Positions 52,823-64,000 of a DNA stretch of 64,000 nucleotides are shown one piece after another. This DNA comes from Camelus ferus (lineage: Eukaryota). Within the stretch, counting starts at the first letter, position 1; each line of letters begins with the position of its first letter. The stretch covers positions 76,262,001-76,326,000 of the forward strand of contig NC_045696.1 in the NCBI RefSeq assembly GCF_009834535.1, read 5' to 3'. Both the position numbers and the translations under genes were made by a program. The notes under the pieces are model-generated. The model saw only the letters and a list, made by a program, of their open reading frames with translations, did no database searches and was not told where the DNA came from.

Positions 52823-53158
52823 CGTTACACCTCAGCTCCCGGCTCTGTGGAAACGTCGGGCACCCGAAAGTCAAGATGGCGGCGGCGGGCAGTGGCAGAG
52901 ACGCTGACCCGCGCGCGCGCGATCTGGGCGGTGAGCGCGCAGCTGTGCCGCGGCGAGAGCTCCGCCCCTCCCCCTGAGGAGGTCCCCAGGAAGCAGCCCC
53001 ACCCACAGCCTGTCTGGAGCAGGATGTCCCATCTCTCCATTCTCTGATCCAAGAATAAAGCTTTTCTTTGCTTCTGAACTGAGCTGTCTCATTCCACTGG
53101 CTCAAAGGACACTTTGCAGTGGCCCTTGTTGGGGCCGGACTTGGGAGGGTGGGTAACA
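52823..53158 (+). mobile_element. CpG-rich, probably lineage-specific solo LTR
   Basis: Inverted ends (c)gttac...gtaaca; CAAGATGGCGGC at 52872; GC box at 52962; AATAAA at 53054 followed by a U5-like tract. No clean TSD. Confidence 0.6.
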
Positions 53159-53789
53159 TGGGGGGGTCAGTGCCCCCTGTAGGAGGCCTGCTGCTCTGTC
53201 ACAGCAGACCTGCTCTGTCAGCCTGTCATGACCTCGCTGGTAGGACCGTCTGCTCAGAGCTGGCCTGAGTTCACCAACTGGTGGGAGCCACAGCTCGTCC
53301 AAGGCATAAGTGTCACACAGAGGTGCTAATGCCCTCCTCCAGGTGGGTCCTGACACTCTGCAAAGTGGTCTTCTGGAACAGCATGGAAGCCTAACAGCAC
53401 ATCTGTGTCCTGAGCGTACTGCCCACAACTCTGCTCCACTGCTAGACCAGAGCAGAGACAGCCTGCACCCTGACCGCAGGGAGAGACAGGAGAGTCTCAG
53501 TAACGGCTGCCATAGGCTGTCTTGCCTTGCCTTTCAAGTATCTGATCCTGTGAAGATTTCCTCAAAAATCCTGTGCTGGCAGGTGGCCAAGATGAACTGA
53601 AGCAGCCACTGCCTCCCCAAGAGAAAGTTCTGAACAGGAACCCTTCAGCCCAGACTGTCATCTATCCAAGAGACTCAGCAACAAGGCCGATGTCTCAGAG
53701 ACAGCTGAGTACTGGTCTCACCTGGCAGCCTCAGGGCCTGTGCTTGTTCCATTCTTCTTTTCTATCACAAACATCACACGTACTCCACG

Positions 53790-54600
53790 TAGAAAATTAA
53801 GGTACAGAACAAATATAAAACAAAATCTCCCAAATGCCATAACTCAATAATGTCAAAATGTTAATAGTTCTTTCCTTCCAGACTTATGATTTTTTTAACA
53901 GTTGTAATGGTACAATTTATATATTTGACATTATATCAGAATTTCCCCAAACCATTAAGTTTTCAAAATGTTTTTCCTAATGGCTAGATCATTGCATCAT
54001 GTAAGTATACTATTATGTGTTTAAACAATCCCCTATTGGTGGGTATTTGCATTTTCATTTTTATTATAATTCTGTAATAAATGTCTTTGTGCATGCCTCT
54101 TTGTCTACCTTTCAAATTATCCCCTTGAGAGAATTTCTATTTCCAGATGTGGAATTACTGGGTTAAATAGCCTAAGAATTTTGAGGTCCTTGATATATAC
54201 TGTTCAGCTGCTTCCTGGAAAGATAATGCCTGGAGGGGAGGGTATAGTTCAGAGGTAGAGTTTATGCTTAGCGTGCACAAGATCCTGGGTTAAATCCCAA
54301 GTACCTCTGCTAAAAAATAAAATAAAATAAATTTAATTTTTAAAAAAAGGTAGTAACACTTTACAGTTCCTCAACAGGCATATGAGATCCTTGTCTTACC
54401 AAAGTCCTGCCAGAGGATTTCTCCTTTTTAATTCTTTGCTAATTTAACAGACTAATGGCTTCTTGTTTTCCTTTGCATTCTTTATTGCTCAGTTTTTTAC
54501 ATGCCCTTAGACATTTGTTTTGCCTCTTTTGTGAACATTCTGATCATGTCCTTTGCTCTTCTATCTTTTGAATTTTTGCTAAGATCTATAATTAAAAGTA
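53790..54600 (-). mobile_element. Old L1ME 3' fragment interrupted by a SINE
   Basis: tttaaacaatcccctattggtgggtattt...gtggaattactgggttaaa...tttgctaattt. Confidence 0.7.
54235..54348 (+). mobile_element. Short tRNA-derived SINE, camelid Vic-1 type
   Basis: ggggagggtatagttcagaggtagag (A box) ... cctgggttaaatccc (B box) ... A-rich tail. Confidence 0.85.
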
Positions 54601-55099
54601 TTCTCACTTCACTTCCATTCAAGTTCATAATAATTAATTTTTCTCCCACTGAAAGAACAGCACATTACATTACCTTTGGTGTCAGGGTAAAAAATGGTTC
54701 ATCTGTCATTTTATTCCTGTGTAACTAAAATATAAAAACTTTTTTTATGGAATGCAACCTGACATTTTAACTTGATTAGGAAAATATATAATAGGTTACG
54801 CTTACTTTAAATTGCCTTGTGTTTATTACTGTTTTGGAATGTTTTACTTCATGAATTTTAATTTTGTACACTAGATATCATTTAGGTTTAAAATATAAGA
54901 TTATGGGGGTTTTTTGGAGATACTAAAATAAAAATAGAAAACACAGTCAGTTGATTTACTTTCAAAGATTATGTCTCTGCATTAACGTCAGACACAAACC
55001 ATACCTGAGGTGACCTACGACATAATATTAAAGTTAACTAAGGTTTTAAAAAAAGACAAAAATCACAGTGTTCTTAAAATAAACATCAAAAGTAGATGG

Positions 55100-56090
55100 C
55101 CCAAATCTAATCTCTCCCTCTCCAGGGAGCCTTCTCAGAATTCCCCAGGCAGAAGTCTGCTCTCCCTCTCCAGCACACCCACAACTTACTACATGTGCCC
55201 CAAGGATCTACGTTGAATCGGTGGTAAGTGTACATCTCTCTCCCTCAAGGTGATTAATTCCCGGAAAGCAGGAACAATGGTTTGTTTTTCTGTGTGTCCA
55301 TTTGCGGTCCCAACACAGGGCTTTAAGTAAAGTAGATGCTCAGCAAACAGATTGAATTGAACTGAACTTTAAAATTTTGAGAAGGGAACTATGTGGAACA
55401 GTCGAATTCACGTAGGCTGTCGAGTCAGATTACATTAGCTTGGAATCCAGCTGTGAGACCCCAAGCAAGTTAACTTAGCCTCCTGAGCTACTTTGTCATC
55501 TAATCTGGGGACAACAATGCCTACCGTGGCAGGCCTTCTAGGTTGGTTATCCCAACACCCAATTCCAACCATTCCATCCTTGCCTTCCTCAACTATAATG
55601 ACTAGAACGCTAAATCCTCTTATTTCCCAGCCTCCTTCCAGCTGGAAAGATCATGGGCCACACTTCTTATCGATGAGACAAAAACAGAAAACAGCTGAAG
55701 AAGTTCCAGGAACTCTTTGTGTTCTAGATAAAGCAGCTTGTACAACCCTATATAAGGCGAGATGCCCACATAATGCCTACAGATGTGGTGCCCACTTTGC
55801 AACTGAGAAGCCGAAACATGAAGACAATTGCCAAAGGGCGAGGAAGATGGAATGGGAAGCTAGAAAGTCTGGAGTCTTTAATGGCATCATTGAGACCCAA
55901 CTCAACAACTGCCTTTCTCTGGACTTCTTTTTATATGGAAGAAATTATTCGTATTTGTTTAAGCCAGTGTTATTTATCCTCAAATAACACTTCAAAATGA
56001 CTCTACCTTATAGGATTACTGTAAACAAAGATAAATCACTATGTTAATTTTAGCACAGGATCTAATATATTGTAAGGATTCAATAAGTGG
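55100..56090 (+). mobile_element. L2 end (55100-55360), then a MIR split by an MLT1-type LTR (~55526-55995)
   Basis: gtagatgctcagcaaa...tgaattgaa; gcaagttaactt...acaatgcctac | LTR ending ttgtttaagccagtg | ctaccttataggatt. Confidence 0.65.
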
Positions 56091-56757
56091 TCCCTTTTAA
56101 TAGCACTAGAGAGTCTGTGACATGCTGGTGAGTGACAAAGAGTTCTGGAGCATAGGGTGAGAATTTGGAACAGGCACTGAAGGAGAAAGCAGGGAACAGA
56201 ATAGGAGGAACTGTATAGGCTGTGTTAAGGACAGAAATCCATCCTGAGAACAAATGACATGAAGCCTGTCAAAAAAAGAGAGAGAATGAGACAGGATGGT
56301 GCTTATGTTCTCCTGGTTCTCTGGGCTCCTAAAGATCAGATCCCTTTGGTCATCACCCGCAGCCCCACCCCTACTCCACAGGGTCAGACATGCTTCAGAA
56401 TCTGTGCTTTGTAAGAATATAAGAAGTCTTGTGTAAAGCGTTCCCAACTAGGCTTCTATTAATAGTTGGTCCATTCTTACTTTGATATATCAATGTCCAA
56501 TGTCACTGTCTTCTATTCTAGTGGCCAATGCATCCCCCTTAAAGCCACTCCCCCTCTGGCTGGGCCCCAAACATTTCTCCTAGGTGCTAAAGACCATCTC
56601 TTACTTCTCCTGGGTATCTACCTTGAGCACCCTCATTAATCACCAGCCCACAGCTTCACAGAAAGTGAGTGGCCTCTGGGGGCCTTGGCTAACACGCATA
56701 GGTCTGACTGTGTTCTCTCCCTTCCAGACCTACTTTCCTAGAAATTCACATTCCTAG

Positions 56758-57035
56758 AATAGCATTTCCTACGTGTGTAATATGGAATGTTAACTACTAA
56801 AATAGGAATAACTCACACAACATACCATGATCAGTAAGTGGGAAAAACATAGGTTAAACAAAGTTAAACAGGTTTCTTTCCTATGACTTGTCAGAGCTTC
56901 TATAATATAGTGTTACGCAGACACATAGTATGGTATTTTGCAGTGTTTTGCATGCTTGTTTGTCTGCAAATCTGAAAATCAGCCCATGAATATCTCAAAG
57001 GCTACTGCATTACAGGATATACTCTAGGAAATTTT
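56758..57035. mobile_element. Charlie4-like hAT element
   Basis: ggttaaacaaagttaaacaggtttcttt...gacttgtcagagc motif. Confidence 0.6.
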
Positions 57036-57189
57036 GTCTTAGAAAAACAGACTTCTGACTTCCCTCCCATAGTTGGACACCCCCTTCCCTCATTGTTGAA
57101 CATTCTCTTCACCCCATGGATTTTCCCACATCCCCAGTCCCAGACTGGCCTTTACTCAACTTTTCTTCTCACAACCCCCAAGCCCCAAA

Positions 57190-57600
57190 TCTAGATTCCA
57201 GCCCCAGTGACCTGCTGCCAGTCCCTAACCAAGTCAGGCTTCTCCCACCTCCAGGCCTTCAAGCAAATTATGACACCTGTCCAGAGAGTTCTTCCACCTC
57301 CTCTCCACCAGGGAAATTCTTTTTCACATTTCAAGACCTAAGTTGAATAGCATATCCATCGAGAAATGTTCCCCCGTTCGTCAGGACCACAGTAGTTACT
57401 CCTACCTCTATGCTCCAAGAGAAGTTTGCAATTGCTTCTGCTGCAGCATGTATTAAGTGGGTCACAGTTGTGGGTTCACCTGTCTTTCTCTCTAAGCAGA
57501 CTATTAATTCCTCAAGTAGTGTTTGCCCATAAATCTGCCCCAAGTAATCAGCAGATCTTGGGTAAATGTAGGCTTTATGAATGAAAGAATGAGTGAATAG
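57190..57600 (+). mobile_element. L2 3' fragment
   Basis: ctcccacctccaggcctt...tttcaagacctaagtt...tgaatgaaagaatgagtgaat. Confidence 0.65.
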
Positions 57601-58959
57601 GCCATCTTGAAGTCCATAGGGACTTGCCGCTATATCTTTATCAAAGGTGTTATGAATTAGTGTCAGATCAGTGCAGCTACCAAGGTCCCAGGGAACAAAA
57701 TCAGGATGTCAAGAAAACTCCTACAGCCCCAGTTATATTTTTGCTTAAAGGGGAAAGATAAATTTTATATTTAACAGCTAACAAAATGGAACCAAGCAAT
57801 TCTAGTTTTAATGTAAAACTGTAATACCAATAGTCTGTCAGTATTTTATGCACGTGTGAGTGGTAGAGGTTACCTTGTCTGTGGTCACCTGCAAGCTGGC
57901 CTCTTAGAAGAAGAGCAGGGCACCCATACGTAGGCATGGAGACCAGACACTGCTGGGCACTTAAGGCAATCAATCCCAGCCACCTGAAGGCTTGCTTGTA
58001 AGCCACTTCCACCAAGTGCACCAGAGGAGGGGAAAACGCTTCCCTAACCAGTAACACTGCTGAGTTACAGCTTAAGATCACAAATCATACCAGCTGCAAC
58101 CTCCAGGCTCGGACCCCAGCCCCAGTTCTGCCAAGTGAGATGTTTCTCTGGTCGTAACTTCTGGGCTGGCAGGATGAGAATGGAGTCAAGATCCTGACAG
58201 ACCGTTTTGCTATTGAATCCCCATCCTTGAACGTGCCAGGGGAGGAGCTGGTGCTTCCTACTCACACAGCCGAAAAGCCCTACAGTCCCAGAACCTGGTT
58301 CTCCTCTGAGAGGCAGATTCCCAGCCCTGCTAAATGGAAGTATGCTGCCCTGGAATGCCACGGACAATGAGGGGCCAAGGACCTGCTACAGCGCCTGGCA
58401 GGATACTTCTGGCCACTTGCCCTCATTTGCCCAACAAAATGTTGCAACAATTTATTATTTATTTAGTGAGGAGAAAAACTGAGTTTGGTAGTTGGTTGTT
58501 CCTTTTTCTTTGGGGAAAGAAGTGCCAGGGACACTGAGGAAGTGGTAGCCACCCCTCCCCCCATGAAGGTACTGCAGCTGCTGCAGGGGCAGTGCCACCC
58601 CAGCAGCCACTGCCACCTGATGAGCTGAGAGCCTCGCATGCCTGCTGTGCTTTACACTCAACGTGTTCATGGCAGCTTTAACCAACATCCACAACCACTC
58701 AGCAGGCATGTCACAGCAGGGCGGAGCCGAACCAGATTGTCCCTGAGAAACCGACAAACCCAGAAAATGTCTGGATATGTAACTAGGAGGGAGCTAAATC
58801 ATTGGAGAGGGCAAACTGGACTCCTAGACTTTCTGCTCTTACTGATCAACAGAGCAATTGAGTTTCTCACCCTGATCCATACTTCAGACTATGACATTGG
58901 ACACTCTGGAGGTCCAGTATTTGATTCCTAAGCAATGCAATACTGTTCAGGGAATGAGG

Positions 58960-61900
58960 GTAGCAAATAAGAAATTCAGCATCTATCACGTACCAGGCAC
59001 TGTACTTAGCATTATTAAATGTTATTTTGTTTAATCCCAAAATAGACAGGTATTTTTCTCCCCTTCTATGATGAGAGAAACTGAAGTTCAGAGAAGTTAT
59101 AAGTTCAAAGGTAAAACAGCAGTGAGTTAAAACTGATTAAGTCTCATATAGATTCGAATCCAAAAATCCATGGATTCCCTAAAATTGTAGCTGCTAGTAT
59201 TAAAATAGCGACGGTCAAACTATTATGGAATATGAGCTTTTGCGAAGTGGGCAAGCCACAAAAAACAAATAATTAAATGCCAGAAGCAAACCTAAACCTA
59301 AGCGTTTTCTGTTTTTTTTTCCACATTGGAGATTGTGTACATCATTTCCATGCGTTAGATTTACATGAATCTGTGAACTAAACTGCCTCCTTAAATCCTT
59401 TTTAGCATGAAATTTTAATCAGTTACCTTTTCTTTTCCTGGTTGTAATCCTGTCTTCCCTATTGACAAAAATTGATGCACATCTAATATGAATAGAAGAA
59501 ATAAAAGGGGAACAGCAAAGGCAACCAGAATATCGAAGAAATGGGAAAACTGGTTTTTAGGAACATATGAAATGTATAATTAGAAATGAATGAAAACATC
59601 TCCAAAATAGATAAAATACCTCTGCTGTGAAGTTGGTTGATGACTCACATTAAAATAGCATCTGTTTACACCTGTCCACACAGCATCCTTCCTACCCTCT
59701 CAGTCTAACTCTTACACACAACTCCGTTATCTCCCAGATCTCCAAGCTGGGCTAATTCTTCCTCCTCCACATTTCTCTAGCTCCCTGTGCATACTCATGT
59801 CACCGCTATGACGACTCAAGTATCTGTCCTTTCCTCTGAATCATAAGCTCCTCGAGGACAGGGGCTGGGTCTTCGATTTATCCTTACGCCCTAGCAAATA
59901 TCTAACACATAATGATACCCAGTTAAAGCTGGATGACCCAACTTGAATGTTTCCACTTTTATAACTTCTCAGGTAAATGATATTTAAATTAGGATGTAAG
60001 GTCATGACTTAAGCTAATGCTTTAATCTGAAGAAAGCTGCATCTGCAGGTAACAATATCCAGCTAAAACACACCAAAGAGCCTAACTCCCAAATTGTGTA
60101 AATTAATGCCATTAATACTGAACAAACTTTAATTCCTGCCCAAAAGAAAGTTAATTCTGTTGCCTTTCTGTGTGTCAGACAAAAACAGTTAAGTCCTAGA
60201 AGTTTCTCAAGTGATTTCAATGGTTGGTATCATTCAGCACCTACTGAGCAACAGACATGCAGACTCCTTCCTAAGTTTTAAATGACTCTAATAATTCTAA
60301 CCTGATCATTTTTAAACTGGTCTCCCTTTTGGCAGTTTATGTGGAAATGTGTTTTTAAAATCTAGGGCTTCTCCCAGAGCTGTATGACCTTAAGCAATCA
60401 TTTAACATCACTGGACCTCAGTTCTCTGTTTCACCATCTATAAACTCTGCCTTCGTGATTTCAAGTGAGAAGGCACAAAACTTTAGTGTGCAAGACAGGC
60501 TGGCAGGACCTATGTGCGACCACCCAGGCAATAGCAATCCAGCTCTGGAGACTCCCAAGAGTCCTTACAGGATGGTTGAAACTATTGCATCAAATGCAAG
60601 TCAATTGTAAAAGAACAAATTTACTATTAAGGAAAATCAGTAGAGTTGATCAGACCCTATTGTCAATAGTACCTTCAGTTGTGGAGATGTAAGTAAACAT
60701 GTGAAGCAGAAAGGAGACACAGCACGAGGAAACAAAGGAGAGGATCTTTTGGTTCAGAATTCTTGGCACTTAACTCAAGAAGAGCTCCTTCCTTCATACT
60801 CTCAGAGCCTTGGGGGAGCAAGGTAACATGCTAGGAGCCTTTCTGAAGCCTTGTTTTGCTGAAGCAGTACCAGTGACTTCTGAGAAGGTCCCAGAAGAGT
60901 TTTTTTCCCATTAGTTCTATTTGTTTCCCCAAAGCTACAAAAGAATGTCATAACACTGGCAATTATTCCAAGGCCTGAAAGTCTCATATAATGGATCTTG
61001 CTGCCACATCCACACTTCTGAAACGTGAATTTTATCATGTCATCCCCTGGTCAAGGATGGACAGCATATCTCTCCTGCTCTCAGATCAATCAATCGGTTA
61101 GTGTTACTGAGCATCCCATTTGGTGCACAGCCCTCCACTACATATAGAAATAACTAAGTCTTTTTCACTTATTTAAAACATATTTGCATGCCCAAAGTGG
61201 CAGAAGCCATGTTGGACACTGGAGGGGATGCATGGATAATAAGGTGTGGTCCTCACCCTAGAGAAGCCCAGTTTCCTGGAGTTGCCAAATGAGTAAAGAA
61301 CAATTTTAACACACTGTGATAAGTCAACACTAAAGATATATACACAGAATTCTGTGAATCCTAAGAGAAGGCATCACAGAGAAGATAACACATCAGCCAG
61401 GCTTTCAGGGATGAGTAGGCATTTGCTAAATGAAAAGCAAGTAAAGAGTACCCAGGTTGAAGGAACAGAGTATGCTGTGTTGACCTAAGTAAAACAGAAA
61501 ACAATGAGAAATGCAGACAACTATGTATCATTTGGTATTTTATTAAGTGCTAGAGATTATAAGTTTTAGTATAGCAGAGATCAAGAAGGCAAGGCCTGGG
61601 ATAATCAGTCTTTGCTCATGTTATTCCACTGCTGCCCCTAGATAGAATGGAGGAGGGAAACACACACACACAAATCTTGGAGAGAAATTCAAGTCAGAAT
61701 CACAGCTCCACTAAAAAGTGCATTGTGGCCAAATTAGAAATGCAGAAATTTCACAGCCTTTCCCCAGCTCACCCATTAAAACAGATTCTGGCTTGTCTTC
61801 CCATAAGTCCAAGGACAGATTTACTCTTCAAAACTAGTTATTTGGGGCTTTGGAATGCACAGTCTGGATGGGGGCAGAGAAGAGAAAGACTAGTGATCCA

Positions 61901-62360
61901 CAAACTAGGTCAGGAGCGCTGCAATGAAGGAGACTCAAAACTGGTGCAGGATGAGATCACAGAAAAATATGGGGATTCATCTTCTTGGCGTTCTAGAAAT
62001 CCAAGAAGAGATTTAGTTACAGTGAAGCTATACTTTGCTTTTTACATTAATGTGTTGCTGTTTGCTTGTTTTGTTTTCTTTTAATTTTTAACCAAACTCT
62101 AAGACAGGGTACATGGGTCATGGCTTTAAAAGAATATATCAGCTATGTTAGAGTCATATTAGCTATCAATGTAGGATTTTGATTTAACCTCTTCACTTTC
62201 CTTACATAAAAATGTGAACATACACCTGATTTTATGAAGATGAAATGAATAATTAATGTAAAATCCTGGAACTTTCTCTCTTACTCCTATGCATGCCCTT
62301 TCATTTGTTTATTCATTCAGTTCATATATTTTGATCACCTGCTACTGACATACTCTATTA
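58960..62360. mobile_element. Scattered MIR/L2 fragments (58960-59160, 59740-59930, 60360-60450, 61090-61470, 62110-62360)
   Basis: gaaactgaagttcagagaagtt; taagctcctcgaggacagggg; gctgtatgaccttaagcaa; ggtcctcaccctagagaagc. Confidence 0.55.
59427..59482 (-). CDS. Candidate short internal exon (56 nt, or 32 nt from an alternative acceptor at 59458) of an unidentified minus-strand gene
   Basis: Minus strand reads ccccttttatttcttctattcatattag|ATGTGC...GAAAAGAAAAG|gtaact, with a second acceptor tttttgtcaatag|GGAAGA. Open frames give DVHQFLSIGKTGLQPGKEK or CASIFVNREDRITTRKRK. Flanks are repeat-free. Confidence 0.5.
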
Positions 62361-62439
62361 AACTTTTTGTCCCTATAAATCCTGCCTATGTCAAGCGTTC
62401 ATGTTTTAGTCTGCTCAGCACTGGTTTCCCTCTTCTTTT

Positions 62440-62808
62440 TCGCCAAGCTTCATTGAGATATAATTGACACAATATTGTATAAGTTTAAGGTCCACAATGA
62501 TTTGATATATGTATATACAGCAAAATGTTTCCACAATAAGGTTAGCACATCCTTTACCTCACATAACTATCATTTTGATTACTGTTATGGTGAGAACATT
62601 TAAAGTCTACTCTTAGCAGCCTTCAACTATTCACTACAGTATCAGTAACTATAGCCACCATGCTGTACATTAGATTTCTAGAACTTCCTCCTCCTATACG
62701 TAAAAGTTTATTTTCCATTTTTCCCCGTCTCCCCTACTCCCAGCCCCTGGTAACCACCATTCTACTCTGCTTCTGTGAGTTTAGCTTTTTTACATTCCAC
62801 ACACAAGT
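62440..62808 (-). mobile_element. L1MA-type 3' end
   Basis: attgagatataattgaca...tggtgagaacatttaa...caccatgctgtacattagat...cccctggtaaccaccattctactctg. Confidence 0.9.
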
Positions 62809-62839
62809 CACATTTTTCCCTCTTCTTAAGGTTATAGTG

Positions 62840-63130
62840 CAACCCTCTGACCACAGGTGTGGACATTTGACCCAAGCTGGCTGCCATGATTTCTCCTCTT
62901 GGCCCAGTGCTGCTTCGCGGGCACGCTCATTGCCCCAACCAGATCAATCAGAGTGCTTCTTAGGATTTTTCAAACTAGAGCTGGGAAAGAGCCTTTTTTC
63001 CCTCTGGACTTAAGACTTCAAAGATGTAAGCACAAGTGGCTAGCAGTCCTCATTCCAGTCACCAAGTTGAGAATTTTGAGAATGAAGCCAACCCACAGAG
63101 GGAAGAAAACAGAAGGAAAAAAAAGAGAAA
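62840..63130 (+). mobile_element. Old ERVL/MaLR LTR fragment
   Basis: ggacatttgacccaagctggc...ccagatcaatcagagt...gagaatgaagccaac. Confidence 0.5.
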
Positions 63131-63289
63131 AAATCCTTGGTCTTCCTAGGGGCTGATTATAGGAGTCAGTCAATGTAACCCTATTTACTAAGCTACCTTG
63201 CGGTGGTTCCCTCTCCGGTGCCATCAGAGAGTGCCGGCTGACAGGGCCCCTTCCGAGGCCTCACGCGATTCCCTTTCCCCTCCCCTGTG

Positions 63290-64000
63290 GGACACCCCGA
63301 CTTCTCCCCTGCAGGCAGCACGGCCCTGGATGCCACACAACTGGCCTCTGACGCTGTATGTCAACCACTGTTGTGCAATTCTCTTTTTACCAAACATTGT
63401 GCTTCTTAGTGGCAGAGGCCTCAACACTGAACACATAGTAGGTGCTCAAAAAATAAGATAAACTGAATACTCTAAAACTATTAAAGCTAGAAAGGGTCTT
63501 AGAGAATCAGTTGGAAATTCTCTGGAAACTCAGAAAAACAGAGACTTTTCTTTCTACAATATTATTCCCTGGGAGGAAGCAAGAAGATAGTTATATAAGT
63601 GTACACTGCAGTTCTTCTAGAATAATCACAAAATGGTGTAACATCAAACCGGCCCACATATAAGGGTGTATGTGTGTAAGTGCAACCAGACCTGCCTTAT
63701 TATAAGGGAGTATTCATGCTCAGAGGATGCCTGAGTCCAACCGTAAGTCATTCTCCCAAAAACAAAGCACACCATATAAAACTTTATGTGAGTTCAGCAA
63801 TATACTTCAGAAACATGCATATCTTTCAGGCTGCACTTCTGTTTTGGACAACTGACCCTAAGACAAGAATTGGGAAGTGTTTACAGAGATTTAGCCATGA
63901 AGATTTTCATTACAACACTGTGAAAAACTGCAAGTGATTGAAAAATATTAAATTATTCATAGGGGATTGGTTAAAGAAATTCATGGCCTATTCATTCATT
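63290..64000 (+). mobile_element. L2 end (63290-63470) and old L1ME fragment (63800-64000)
   Basis: acatagtaggtgctcaaaaaat; attcataggggattggttaaa. Confidence 0.5.

Noticed and set aside
54806..54922. 117-nt minus-strand AG...GT with strong splice sites
   Set aside because: It has stops in all three frames and is very AT-rich. It shows how easily pseudo-exons occur here.
58160..58420. Plus-strand frame ending ...ECHGQ*GAKDLLQRLAGYFWP, reminiscent of an integrase H2C2 region
   Set aside because: Only a few matching residues, and no following CxxC or DDE core.
1..64000. The short ORFs in the six-frame track as genes; also CRISPR arrays, operons, rRNA and tRNA genes
   Set aside because: ORF lengths and composition fit chance ORFs in repeat-rich mammalian DNA, and many lie in transposons. 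No spaced direct-repeat array or structural RNA gene was seen; the only tRNA-like sequence is the SINE head.

Overview
Mammalian genomic DNA, not prokaryotic. A short tRNA-headed SINE (GGGGAGGGTATAG..., 54235) and the style of the L1 3'UTR point to a camelid (Camelus/Vicugna); this is inferred from remembered consensus sequences. The window is dominated by old interspersed repeats (MIR, L2, L1, MLT1/ERVL LTRs, hAT MITEs). I see no complete protein-coding gene, RNA gene or CRISPR array, and none of the listed ORFs is a convincing gene. It most likely lies within a large gene transcribed on the minus strand. Several repeat-free blocks carry short minus-strand exon candidates with good splice signals (best: 59427-59482, 29388-29435, 26163-26197, 10427-10465), but I could not name the gene. 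Most interesting: (1) a 19-bp inverted repeat that would loop out the 39-nt candidate exon; (2) a near-identical ~130-bp copy from one MIR inside another MIR 1.6 kb away; (3) a chimeric L1 insertion inside a 14-bp target-site duplication; (4) a probable small inversion splitting an LTR; (5) a CpG-rich young solo LTR; (6) an unidentified decayed coding-like segment. Repeat family names come from memory and boundaries are approximate.
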